Assembly (NCBI GenBank): GCA_038087875.1
Contig: CM075998.1
Coordinates: forward strand, 4,900,062 to 4,964,000
Reading direction: 5' to 3'
Length of the DNA: 63,939 nt
Origin: Malacoraja senta
Taxonomy: Eukaryota
A model generated the notes under the pieces. The model did no database searches. It was not told the origin of the DNA and worked only from the letters and a program-made list of their open reading frames with translations. Shown here one piece after another: positions 43,602 through 55,040 of this stretch (positions are counted from its first letter, which is position 1; each line of letters begins with the position of its first letter). The translations under genes were made by a program, and so were the position numbers.

Positions 43602-44973
43602 AGGTACACAAAAATGCTGGAGAAACTCAGCGGGTGCAGCAGCATCTATGGAGCGAAGGAAATAGGCAACGTTTCGGGCCGAAACCCTTCTTCAGACTGA
43701 TAGGGGGTGGGGAGAAGAAAGGAAAAAAGGAAAAAAGGCGGAGGAGGAGCCCGAGGGCTAGGGGAGGGGAGGAGACAACCAGAGGGCTGATGAAGGGGAG
43801 GGGACAGCAAGGGCTAGCAGAATTGGGAGAATTCAATGTTCAAGCCCCCAGGATGTAGACTGCCCAAGCGGAATATGAGGTGCATTTCCTCCAATTTCCG
43901 GTGTTGCTCGCTGTGGCCATGGAGGAGACCCAGGACAGGGAGGTCAGATACGGAATGGGAGGGGGAGTTGAAGTGCTGACCACCAGGAGGTCAGGTTGGT
44001 TATTGCGGACCGACCGGAGGTGTTCGGCGAAACTATCGCCAAGCCTCCGTTTGGTCTCACCGATGTAGATCAGCTGGCATCTAGAGCAGCGGATGCAATA
44101 GATGAGGTTGGAGGAGATGCAGGTGAACCTCTGTCGCACCTGGAACGACTGCTTAGGTCCTTGAATGGAGTCGAGGGGGGAGGTGAAGGGACAAGTGTTG
44201 CATCTCTTGCGGTTGCAAGGGAAAGTACCAGGGGAGGGGGTGGTACGGGAGGGAAGGGAAGAATTGACAAGGGAGTTACGGAGGGAGCGGTCTTTGCGGA
44301 AGGCAGACATGGGGGGAGATGGGAAGATGTGGCGAGTGGTGGGGTCACGTTGGAGGTGGCGAAACTGACGGAGGATCACTTGTTGTATGTGACGGCTGGT
44401 GGGGTGAAAGGTGAGGACTAGGGGGACTCTGCCTTTGTTGTGAGTGGGGGGATGGGGAGAGAGAGCAGTGTTGCGGGGTATAGCAGTGACCCTGGTGCGA
44501 GCCTCATCTATGGTGGAGGAGGGGAACCCCCGTTCCCTGAAGAATGAGGACATTTCGGATGCCCTGGTGTGGAACGCCTCATCCTGGGAGCAGATGCGGC
44601 GTAGACGGAGGAATTGGGAGTGGGGGATGGAGTCCTTACAGGAAGCAGGGTGGGAAGAAGTGTAGTCCAGATAGCCATGGGAGTCGGTAGGTTTGTAGTG
44701 GATGTCGGTATGAAGTCTATCACCTGCGATGGAGATAGTGAGGTCAAGGAATGGTAGGGAAGTGTCGGAAATGGTCCAGGTGTATTTGAGTGCCGGATGG
44801 AAGTTGGTGGTGAAGCGGATGAAGTCAGTCAGTTGTGTGTGGGTGCAGGAGGTGGCACCAAAACAGTCATCGATGTAGCGGAGGTAGAGGTCGGGGATGG
44901 GGCCCTGGTACGCATTGAACAAGGATTGTTCTACGTACCCGACAAAGAGGCAGGCGTAGCTGGGGCCCATGCG
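43602..44973 (-). mobile_element. 5'-truncated Penelope-like retroelement: RT C-half, GIY-YIG endonuclease and 3' terminal repeat with a hammerhead-like motif
   Basis: ORF 43840..45096 contains MGPSYACLFVGYVE..YLRYIDD (RT) and NLIYCIRCSRCQLIYIGETKRRL (GIY-YIG), frameshifted near its end. It is inserted into a Rex1-type tail with a ttctt duplication. Confidence 0.92.
43663..43698 (-). ncRNA. Minimal type-I hammerhead-like motif in the PLE terminal repeat
   Basis: Minus strand reads agt-CTGAAGA-a-GGG-tttcgg-CCC-GAAAC-GTT-gccta: conserved core, helix II and palindromic aacgtt. Helix I is weak. Confidence 0.55.
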
Positions 44974-44977
44974 TTGC

Positions 44978-45335
44978 TTCTTGCTTTGCTTCAGCACAAC
45001 AGAATATTGTAGGCATAAATAAATACAGAACAGATCAGTGTGTCTATATACCATAGAATATATATACACACACATAAATAACCAGATAAAGTGCAATAGG
45101 CTATTAAAGTTCAGATTTTTGTTTGAGTTGAGTTTAATAGCCTGATGGCTGTGGGGAAGTAGCTATTCCTGAACCTGGATGTTGCAGATTTCAGGCTCCT
45201 GTACCTTCTACCTGAAGGCAGCGGGGAGATGCGTGTGTGGCCAGGATGGTGTGGGTCCTTGATGATGCTGCCAGCCTTTTTGAGGCAGCGACTGTGATAG
45301 ATCCCCTCGATGGTCGGGAGGTGAGAGCCAGGGAT
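44978..45335 (-). mobile_element. Rex1/Babar-type LINE 3' fragment; its tail is split by the PLE, with the remainder near 43535-43601
   Basis: Colinear with the uninterrupted copy at 62895-63430. Confidence 0.8.
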
Positions 45336-45409
45336 GATTCAGGGATACAGTGTTGGCGATTGCAATAGCCACACGCTGGGCCACACTAAGTGGCACACAA
45401 TGTCTTCCA

Positions 45410-45626
45410 TGTTTAAGAAGGAACTGCAGATGCTGGAAAAATCGAAGGTAGACAAAAATGCTGGAGAAACTCAGCGGGTGCAGCAGCATCTATGGAGCGA
45501 AGGAATAGGTGGAGGAATATAGAGCGAAGGAATCTCTGAAGAAGGGTCTCGACCAGAAACGTCACCTATTCCTTCGCTCCAGAGATGCTGCCTCACCCGA
45601 TGAGATTCTCCAGCACTTTTGTCGAC
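45410..45626. mobile_element. PLE-derived fold-back mini-element with a hammerhead core at 45536
   Basis: 14-bp TSD cacaatgtcttcca at 45396-45409 and 45627-45640. Confidence 0.85.
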
Positions 45627-46180
45627 CACAATGTCTTCCAGATGTGTTCAAGCTTGGACTTCAACTCATGGAAGAATAGATTTTTGTTCCTTAAGGCCAT
45701 GACGTGGGAGCAGAATTCTTGGCTTCAGGAGAAGTCCAGGACTTCGACCTCCTATTAATTCATTCTCATGAAGCCCAAGAATTCTGCTCCCATGTCATGG
45801 CCTTAAGGTCATCCCTTGGTTCCTTGGACTTCCTCCGCTGGAGTTCCTCGTTTCCATTTCTCAGTTTCATACGTCCTCGGAGCAGAATTAGGCCATTCGG
45901 CCCATCAAAGTCCACTCCGCCATTCAATCACGGCTGATCTCTCTCTCCCGCCTAACCCCGTTCTCCCTCCTTCTTCCCCACTAACCCCTGACAACCGTAC
46001 TGATCAAGAACCTGTCTCACTCCGCTGTGATGGAGTTGGAATCGGGAAAACTGCGAGCGGTGAGGTCGCGGATCGAGGGGAACGGAGAAAGGGGAGCAAG
46101 TGTAGTGTGGTGTGTTAGCAGCGATTGAGGCTGTTCGCTGAGCGATAACTCATAAGTGTGTTTGTCCTGTCTTGCTGTAG

Positions 46181-46274
46181 ATTTTATTCCAGTCCGTACA
46201 GTATTGCTCCCAACAGGATGATTGCACAGACATCAATCACACCGTACATCACCTCACCTGTGTCCTCATTTCAG
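46181..46274 (+). CDS. rbms2: RBMS2-like exon (94 bp): [31 protein letters not shown]
   Basis: ctgtAG and GTgagt boundaries; resembles the [24 protein letters not shown] segment. Confidence 0.92.
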
Positions 46275-46349
46275 GTGAGTGCTTGCAGTTTGCCTCTTGA
46301 CCTGCTACAAATCCTCAACCAAGGCCTCAGGCCCTCAACCAAGGCCTCA

Positions 46350-46848
46350 GCCGGGACATCCCGTATATTGGGCCAAATTGGTTTGTCCCGTACAGAACCG
46401 CCCATGTCCCGTATTTGACTGCTACTACTCGGGTCGAGGGGACTGTCTGGTCGTCCGTCCCCGTCCCAAAGTAGTGCAGCGCATGGAGTGCAGCAGCAGC
46501 AGCGCCTCGCCCGTGGCCCTGTCGGTCGGACGGCAGCCCGGCCAGCTGTCCGACCTTCAGACCTTCGCTTACCGCCGACACCACCACCACCACCGCCCCT
46601 ACTTCTCATGGGCCGATCATCGGTTCACGAGGTGGATGGGGTGCCGGACTTTGCGAGCGACGTCGCGCGGCCCGGGCCAAAACTCTTCAGCTGGCCCGCC
46701 GGCTGGGCTTAGTGTGCAGTCCAGCACCCGGGGCCAACTCATCATTCACCCAGCCACGGCCCAGTCGGTCAACGAATTGCCGTCGGGAATTTGTCCCGTA
46801 TTTTGACCTTATGTCACATATTTGGGAGTGAGAACGTTGGCGACCCTA
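46350..46848. mobile_element. Probable hAT (Tip100-like) non-autonomous remnant, one terminus only
   Basis: Right end gttggcgacccta (reverse complement tagggtcgccaac) and repeated tcccgta subterminal motifs. Confidence 0.5.
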
Positions 46849-48016
46849 TCTCTACATGCAAACCCAGGACACAAATGATTGGAGGATAGGACCACAGACA
46901 CTGCTGCCTCACAGCGCCCGGAGACCCAGGTTCGATCCTGACCACGGGTGCTGTCTGTACGGAGTTTGTACCTTCTCCCCGTGACCTGCGTGGGTTTTCT
47001 CCAGGTGCTCTGGTTTCCTCCCGCACTCCAAAGACGTACAGGTTTGTAGGTTAATCGATCGGCTTGGGTTTGTATACTTGTTATAAATGTATATTGTCTC
47101 TAGTGTGTGTAGGATAGTGTGAGTGTGTGGGGGTCGCTGGTCGGCACGGACTCGGTGGGCTGCAGGGCCTGTTTCCACACTACCTCTAAAACTAAACTAA
47201 AGAGGGCATCTCCATGGATGGAAAGGCAGCACTGACATAGCTGGTTGGCGGATGAGTTGGCCCATGGTTCGGTAGCTGCCAGGAATCCCACCAGAACACG
47301 TGGGGACGGGCGGCCCCCGTAATGTCTTGCGGTCTTGAGCAGAGATGTTCGCAAACCAAGCTGTCCTACACGCACGAGGGATAATTTACACATACACCAA
47401 GCCAATTAACCTACAAACCTGCACGTCTTTGAAGTGTGGGAGGAAACTGGAGCACCTGGAGAAAACCCACAGGGAGAACGTACAAACTCCACACAGACAG
47501 CACCTGCAGTCAGGATGGAACCCGGGTCTCCGGCGCTGTGAGGCAGCAACTCTACCGCTGTGCCACCGTGTCCGCCCGTCAAGATGTGGTACAACCCATG
47601 TGGTGCATCTGTAGAAGTTTATGAGAGTTATTGGAGAATTCTAGTATTGAATAGATCTGAAATCAAAATTGGTTTTGGTTGATAATCTAGAATTGAAAGA
47701 TAAAAGAGCCATCAGTGATGATGACCAGTAAAACGACTGAATTGTGGTTACTGATTAGTTTAGTCTCGATTAATTTAGTTTAGTTTAGAGATACAGCAAG
47801 GAAACAGGCCCTTCGGCCCACCGAGTCCACGTTGACCATCGATCACCAGTTTACACTAGTTCTGAGTTTTCCCATTTCTCATCCACTCCCTACACACTAG
47901 GGGCAATTTACAGAGGGGCCGATTAACCTACAAACCCTGTATGTATATGGGATGTGGGGGGAAACCTGAGAACCCGGAGGAAACCCACGCGGTCCAGGAA
48001 GAACCACAGTTTAAGA

Positions 48017-48487
48017 ATTCCCCAGGTTAATTCCCGGATGGCGGGACTGTCATATGCTGAGAGAATGGAGCGGCTGGGCTTGTACACTCTGGAGTTTAGA
48101 AGGATGAGAGGGCATCTCATTGAAACATATAAGATTGTTAAGGGCTTGGACACGCTAGAGGCAGGAAACATGTTCCCGATGTTGGGGGAGTCCAGAACCA
48201 GGGGCCACACACAGTTTAAGAATAAGGAGTAAGCCATTTAGAACGGAGACGAGGAAACACTTTTTCTCACAGAGAGTGGTGAGTCTGTGGAATTCTCTGC
48301 CTCAGAGGGCGGTGGAGGCCGGTTCTCTGGATGCTTTCAAGAGAGAGCTAGATAGCGGAGTCAGGGGAATATGGGGAGAAGGCAGGAACGGGGTACTGAT
48401 TGGGGATGATCAGCCATGATCACATTGAATGGCGGTGCTGGCTCGAAGGGCCAAATGGCCTACTCCTATTATCTATTGTCTATTGTC
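48017..48487 (+). mobile_element. CR1 3' fragment nested in a minus-strand V-SINE
   Basis: CR1 peptide and tail; SINE halves near 47775-47995 and 48490-48580. Confidence 0.85.
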
Positions 48488-48709
48488 AAGTTACGTACAG
48501 ATAGCACTGGTGGTCAGGATGGAACGCGGGTCTCTGGCACAGTGAGGCAGTGGCTCTACCCGCTGGGCAACCGTGCCGCGTCACTGAAGTCATCTGGGAA
48601 TGGAAAGCTCCTTCTTTATCCAGACTGACTGCTGTTCAGCTCCATCCCCAATAATATGGACCAGAGAAAGACACGAGGAACTGCAGGTACTAGAATCTGG
48701 AGCTAAACA

Positions 48710-48970
48710 CAGAGTGCTGGAGTAACTCAGCGGGTCAGGCAGCATCTGTGGAGAACATGGATAGGTGACGTTTCACAGAGTGCTGGAGTAACTCAGCGGG
48801 TCAGGCAGCATCTGTGGAGAACATGGATAGGTGACGTTTCACAGAGTGCTGGAGTAACTCAGCGGGTCAGGCAGCATCTGTGGAGAACATGGATAGGTGA
48901 CGTTTCACAGAGTGCTTGAGTAACTCAGCGGGTCAGGCAGCATCTGTGGAGAACATGGATAGGTGACGTT
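48710..48970 (-). repeat. 66-bp tandem array (4 units)
   Basis: Same unit as at 31314. Confidence 0.92.
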
Positions 48971-49094
48971 ACTGGATGGGACCCTTCTTCAGACTCGTTT
49001 TACTCTGTGAACTCCCAGGGGACTGTCTTTAGTTGTACAAAGTACTGCGGCTTTTGTTTGCACTAGTATTGCAGTTATTAATTTATTGGATTTT

Positions 49095-49417
49095 TTAGTT
49101 TAATTTAGTTTCGAAATACAGCGTGGAAACAGGCCCTTCGGCCCACCGAGTCCGCACCCACCAGCGATCCCCGCACACTAACACTATCCCACACACACTA
49201 GGGACAATTACATTTACACCAAAGCCAATTAACCTACAAACCTGCACGTCTTTGGAGTGCGGGAGGAAACCGAAGATCTCGGAGAAAACCCACGCAGGTC
49301 ACGGGGAGAACGTGCAAACTCCGTACAGACAAGCACCCATAGTCGGGATCGAACACAGATCTCTGGCGCTGAAAGCGCTGCAAGGCAGCAACTCTACCGC
49401 TGCGCCACCGTGACCGC
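49095..49417 (-). mobile_element. V-SINE copy
   Basis: Reverse complement of the consensus. Confidence 0.85.
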
Positions 49418-49651
49418 CTTTTTGTTTTAAATTGAAGCAGAGAATGAAGCGTTTAGGGAGGGGATTCAGCCAACGTTTGATAGCGTTGCCTAATTCGTCG
49501 CAGTGTCATGTTTATAGAGCTGTTGCGCTGCTGCAAGTCCGAGTGTCATTTGTTCTGTGGTCGGTACATACGGCAGTGAAACGCGGGTGAAGACAGGCGA
49601 TATGTGAATGCAGGCTGAAGGTGATTGCTCTCTTGTGTTGTGGTTACACAG

Positions 49652-49702
49652 GTCCATAACCCCTCGTGGATGCATCACCAATCGTACCTTATGCAACCGA
49701 TG
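49652..49702 (+). CDS. rbms2: RBMS2-like exon (51 bp): VHNPSWMHHQSYLMQPM
   Basis: acAG and GTaagc boundaries. WMHH-SYLMQP is, from recall, the RBMS2-type version of this segment and is the main basis for the paralogue call. Confidence 0.88.
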
Positions 49703-50514
49703 GTAAGCTTCCTTTGTCCATGTTCACGACGATCCCTCTCCACCGCCCACCTTTAACCCTTGACCCCCCCCCCCCCCCATGACCCTCCTGCCATTTTGGA
49801 CTTAAGAGTCATTCACCAGGGTAGGAGAAGTAAGAACCAGAATTTAATGTTGACACCGCTGGGGTGTAAGCTGCGCAAGCGGAACATGAGGTGCTGTTCC
49901 TCCAATTTTCCCTGGGCCTCACTGACAAAATGGAGGAAGCCCAGGGACAGAAAGGTCTGTGTGGGAATGGGAAGGGGGGTTAAAAATGGGTTGGCAACCA
50001 GGAGATTTTAAGGAAGGAACTTAAAGGGGAGGAGAATCTGGGGGACGTTAAAGTTCATAAGCGATAGGAGCAGAATGAGGCCATTCGGCCCATCGAGTCT
50101 ACTCCACCATTCAATCATGGCTGATCTATCTCTCCCTCCGAACCCCATTCTCCTGCCTTCTCCCCGTAACCCCCGACGCCGTGTCAGTGGACCTGTACCG
50201 GGGTATATATATGATTGGGGGAAGGTGCCATCTCGGACGGTGATGCTGCCCCTCTGTGTCACAGTCAACACCCACCTAGGCCCGAGGCCTAACCACTAGT
50301 TCAACGATATGTTATCGTCACACGTCCCGGGGTGCAGTGAAATGCTTTCTTTTGCACACACCCTGGTAACACCATGCAGCCGACTTCACCACGTCAGCAC
50401 ACGAGAGTCGCCACCTGTCTGGCTCATCCAACAATCCCATCGTCTGCGAACTGGGCCCTCCGCCCCTCCTTAGTTCTTGGTGGCTCCACCCAGCTGGGTC
50501 CCCCTACATTCTCC

Positions 50515-50930
50515 ATGTTCCCCCTCCCTCTCTCCATGACGACCCCCTCACTCTCCGACCCCCCCTCTCTCTCTCCGACCCCCCTCTCTCTCTCCGACAC
50601 CCCCCCTCTCTCTCTCTGACCCCCCTCTGTCTCTCTCTGACCCCCCTCTCTCAGCCCCCCTCTCTCTCTCTCTGACCCCCTCCTCTTTCTCTCTCTCTGA
50701 CACCCCCCCTCCATCCTCTCCGACCCCCCCTCTCTCTCTCTGACCGCCCCCTCTCTCTATCTCTGACTCCCCTCTCTCTCTCTCTTCTGACCCCCTCTCC
50801 CTTTCTGACCCCTCTCTCTCTCTGACCCCACCCCCCCTCTCTCTCTCTGACCCCCCTCTCTCTCTCTCTCTCTCTGACCCCCCCCTCTCTTTCTCTGACC
50901 CCCCTCTTTCTCTCTCTCCGACCGCCCCCC
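50515..50930 (+). repeat. CT-rich minisatellite (ctctctctgacccccc)n
   Basis: Directly visible. Confidence 0.9.
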
Positions 50931-51067
50931 TGCTGGGTCGCCGGGCCCCTGCAGCGTACCCTGGGAGGCGAGATGGGGTGCCCCTTTGCGAGGGGGGGGG
51001 GGCTGATCATGGCGAGGGGACTGGGGAAAGGGGGAAAGGCTGTCAGCGGTGCCCTTTGTTTCTGCAG

Positions 51068-51177
51068 GGAGCGGTACTCACCCCCACGATGGATCACACC
51101 ATGTCGATGCAGCCCACGTCAATGATGGGACCATTAACCCAGCAGCTCAGTCATCTCTCCCTGGCAGTGCGGGCGCG
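51068..51177 (+). CDS. rbms2: RBMS2-like exon: [37 protein letters not shown], with an apparent -1 G at 51163-51164
   Basis: ctgcAG and GTaagt boundaries. Length is 110 bp where phase 0/0 needs 111. Confidence 0.9.
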
Positions 51178-51494
51178 GTAAGTGCCGCCTGGCAGTGTGG
51201 GGCCCCACAGGGCCTGCACACAACTAACCCCTTCTCCCCACCGCTCACCAGATAACAGCGCGGAAACAGGCCCTTCGGCCCACCAGGTCCGCGATGACCA
51301 GCGATCCCCGCACACTAACACTATCCTGGCACCTATTATGTGGCCAAATGCCTTCTGCTCTTCAGTTTTCATGGCATGTAGACTTCTCATACTATGTCGA
51401 GCCCGGCTGCCCAGTAGATAAGATGCCAAAAATAAAGATTGAATATTAGGCGCACATTCCCTTCATCTCACTGCCTAGAAGAGGGGCAATCTCA

Positions 51495-51820
51495 CCCCAG
51501 CCCCTCCTCACCCTCCCCTCCCCCTCCACATCCCCCTCCCCATCCCCATCTCCATCCCCATCTCCCCCATCCCCCCTCCCCCTACCCATCCCCCAACCGC
51601 ATTCCCCCTCCCTACCCATCCCCCTCCCCATCCCCCCTCCCCCTACCCATCCCCCAACCGCATTCCCCCTCCCCTACCATCCCCCTCCCCATCCCCCCCT
51701 CCCCATCCCCAGCCCCGTCCCCATCCCCCCCTCCCCCTACCCATCCCCGTCCCCATCCCCCTCCCCCTACCCATCCCCCTCCCCATTCCCCATCCCCCAT
51801 CCACCTCCCCTTTCCCCCCT
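51495..51820 (+). repeat. C-rich (ccccat/ccccct)n tract
   Basis: Directly visible; the minus strand is rich in G-runs. Confidence 0.9.
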
Positions 51821-51920
51821 GAGCCTAAGGTTGGTTGTGGGCTGGTGAGCAGCATGTGGCCATTGTAGACAGAGGGTTGGGTGTGAGCCTGTGTGGAGCT
51901 TTGCTTTGTCACGTGGCCTG

Positions 51921-51927
51921 TACTAAC
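51921..51927 (+). promoter_or_regulatory. Consensus branch point TACTAAC
   Basis: Exact TACTAAC ending 18 nt before the exon start at 51946. Confidence 0.75.
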
Positions 51928-51945
51928 GGCTTTGTCCTTTTGCAG

Positions 51946-52025
51946 TACCTGCCTGCCACCACGGCGATACAAGGGACGTACATTCCCCAGTACAACCCAT
52001 GCCTCCGTCCAACGTGTCTGTCGAG
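51946..52025 (+). CDS. rbms2: RBMS2-like exon: YLPATTAIQGTYIPQYNP/MPPSNVSVE, with an apparent -1 base near 51996-51998
   Basis: TACTAAC branch point, pyrimidine tract, cAG acceptor and GTaagc donor. Length is 80 bp where 81 is needed. Confidence 0.9.
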
Positions 52026-52656
52026 GTAAGCCCCGCGCAACGCCTTCACCTGGGGGGTGGCCATTTTGTCCGACCTCGCTGCTCCTCCAGCCCCCTCCGC
52101 TGGAGTGACCCCCGAACCAAGCCCAGCCCATTTGCCCCGGAACCTGGCACAGGACAGTACAGCACAGGAACAGGCCCTTCGGCCCGCAATGTCCATGGTG
52201 AACATGATGCCAAGTAACCTCTGGTCATAGTCATAGAGTGATACAGTGTGGAAACAGGCCCTTCGGCCCAACTTACCCACACCGGCCAACAATGTCCCAT
52301 CTACACTATTCCCACCTGCCCGCGTTTGGCCCATATCCCTCCAAGCCTGTCCCATCCATGTACCTGCCTAACTGTTTCTTAAACGTTGGGATAGTCCCAG
52401 CCTCAACTACCTCCTCTGCAGCTTGTTCCATACACCCACCACCCTCTGTGTGAAAAAGTTACCCCTCAGATTCCTATTAAATCTTTTCCCCTTCACCTTG
52501 AACCTATGTCCTCTGGTCCTCGATTCCCCTACTCTGGGCAAGAGACTCTGTGCATCTACCTGATCTATTCCCCTCATGATTTGTACACCGTAGGATTTTG
52601 CAACCTGAGAAAAAGGTTCTGACAGTCTACCCTATCTGCACATCTCATCATTTACC

Positions 52657-52911
52657 TGTGAAACGTCACCTATCCATGTTCTCCACAGATGCTGCCTGAC
52701 CCGCTGAGTTACTCCAGCACTCTGTGAAACGTCACCTATCCATGTTCTCCACAGATGCTGCCTGACCCGCTGAGTTACTCCAGCACTCTGTGAAACGTCA
52801 CCTATCCATGTTCTCCACAGATGCTGCCTGACCCGCTGAGTTACTCCAGCACTCTGCTGAGTTACTCCAGCACTCTGTGAAACGTCACCTATCCATGTTC
52901 TCCACAGATGC
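52657..52911 (+). repeat. 66-bp tandem array (~3.5 units)
   Basis: Same unit in the opposite orientation. Confidence 0.92.
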
Positions 52912-53469
52912 TAACAAGGGCAGGACCTACACTGTAAATGGTAGGCCTCTGGGTCGTGTTGTACAGCAGAGGGTCCAAGCGCAGGCAGGTGGGACTAGTG
53001 TAGATGGGACATGTTGGCCAGTGTGGCCAAGTTGGGCTGAAGGGCCTGTTTCCACACTGTATCACTCTATGACTATGACCCCGCTCTCCCCCACCACTGG
53101 GCTCCCCATTTCTGCCAATCTCAAGCAACCTTGTACGCGCATGTGTGTGAGTGCATGTGTGCACGAGTACTTGTGCATGAGTGTGTGTTGTGTGCATGTG
53201 ATGTGTGATGGGTTTGTGGTGTGAGTGAGATTAGTGTGGCTAGTGTGTGTGAGTGTGCAATGTGTGTATGTGATGGGTGAGTGGTCTGAGTGTGTGAGTG
53301 TCGTAGGCACGAGTGGGGCACAGGTGTGAGTGTGTGAGTGTGTGTTGGTGTGTGTAACTGTCGTGTGTGTGGCTCTATGTGAGAATATGGTAGGCATGCG
53401 AGTGTGTGTTGGTGTGTGGGGATGTGAGTGTGCATTGGTGTGTGTATGTGAGTGTGCATGAGAGCATGA

Positions 53470-54141
53470 TAGATACATAGATACATAGAAAATAGGTGCA
53501 GGAGTAGGCCATTCGGCCCTTCGAGCCTGCACCGCCATTCAATATGATCATGGCTGATCATCCAACTCAGTATCCCGTACTTGCCTTCTCTCCATACCCC
53601 CTGATCCCTTTAGCCACAAGGGCCACATCTAACTCCCTCTTAAATATAGCCAATGAACTGGCCTCAACTACCCTCTGTGGCAGAGAGTTCCACAGATTCA
53701 CCACTCTCTGTGTGAAAAAGTTTTTTCCTCATCTCGGTCTTAAAGGATTTCCCCCTTATCCTTAAGCTGTGACCCCTTGTCCTGGACTTCCCCAACATCG
53801 GGAACAATCTTCCTGCATCTAGCCTGTCCAACCCCATAAGAATTTTGTACGTTTCTATAAGATCCCCTCTCAATCTCCTAAATTCTAGCGAGTATAAGCC
53901 AAGTCTATCCAGTCTTTCTTCATATGAAAGTCCTGACATCCCAGGAATCAGTCTGGTGAACCTTCTCTGCACTCCCTCTATGGCTATAATGTCCTTCCTC
54001 AGATTTGGAGACCAAAACTGTACGCAATACTCCAGGTGTGGTCTCACCAAGACCCTGTACAACTGCAGTAGAACCTCCCTGCTCCTATACTCAAATCCTT
54101 TTGCTATGAAGGCCAACATACCATTCGCTTTCTTCACTGCC
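53470..54141 (-). mobile_element. CR1 3' fragment
   Basis: KKANGMLAFI..LYRVLVRPHLEYCVQFWSP (ORF 53664..54137). Confidence 0.9.
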
Positions 54142-54187
54142 TAGGTGTGTGTTGTGTGTGACTGTTGGAGTGTGAGTGTGTGAGCAC

Positions 54188-54367
54188 ACCCCTCTCCCCT
54201 CTCCCCTCTCCCCTCTCTCTCCCCTCTCTCTCCCCTCTCTCCTCTCCCCCCTTCTCTCTCTCTCTCCTCTCTATTTTTCTCTCTCTCCCTCTCTCCCCTC
54301 TCTCTCTCTGCCCTCTCTCTCCCCTCTCCCCTCTTTCTCCTCACCGCCCCCTCTTTCTCTCTCTCCC

Positions 54368-54398
<31 letters not shown>

Positions 54399-54457
54399 CC
54401 CTCTCTCTCTCCCCTCTCTCTCCCCTCTCTCCCTCTCCCCCCACTCTCTCTCTCTCT
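54188..54457 (+). repeat. (CT)n/(CCCT)n polypyrimidine tract
   Basis: Directly visible. Confidence 0.9.
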
Positions 54458-54517
54458 GCGCAGGCCACTGTGCATGACTTTCCATGTGAGTGACGGCTCC
54501 ATCTTTCCCCATTGCAG

Positions 54518-54595
54518 GAACCCAGCATCCAGCAGCAGGTTTCTCTGGAAACGACCTCTGACCCCGCAAGCTATTCCTACCAGCACAGCAAGTAA
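54518..54595 (+). CDS. rbms2: Last coding exon: EPSIQQQVSLETTSDPASYSYQHSK*; the exon continues 7 nt to a donor after 54602
   Basis: ttgcAG acceptor, TAA at 54593-54595, then acctgag|GTaccg; resembles RBMS C-termini. Confidence 0.85.
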   Translation, partial: EPSIQQQVSLETTSDPASYSYQHSK

Positions 54596-54742
54596 ACCTG
54601 AGGTACCGCACACGCCGCTACCCCCCTCCCCCGCTCTCACACCCCCCATGTCCCCCTCCCCCCCCCCCCCAATGTCCCCCTCTCCACCCACTTCCGCCAC
54701 CCGCTCGCTCGCTCGCGCTGTGAAGGCTTCTACCCATCTGAG

Positions 54743-55040
54743 GCGGCACGGTGGCGCTGCGATAGAGTCGCTGCCTCACAGCGCCAGAGACCCGGGTTCC
54801 ATCCTGACTACGGGTGCTGTCTATGTGGAGTTTGTACGTTCTCCCCGTGACCTGCGTGGGTTTTCTCCGGGTGCTCCGGTTTCCTCCCACACTCCAAAGA
54901 CGTAGGTTAATTGGCTTCAGTAAATTGTAAATTGTCCCTAGTGTGTGTGTGGGATAGTGCTAGCGTGCGGGGTGATCGCTGGTCGGCGCAGACTCGGTGG
55001 GCCGAAGGGCCTGTTTCCGCGCTGTATCTCTGAACTAAAA
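54743..55040 (+). mobile_element. V-SINE copy
   Basis: Same consensus. Confidence 0.88.

Noticed and set aside
43840..45096. 418-aa ORF as an intact gene
   Set aside because: It is chimeric: the first ~40 codons come from a Rex1 tail, the RT is 5'-truncated, and the C-terminus is frameshifted.
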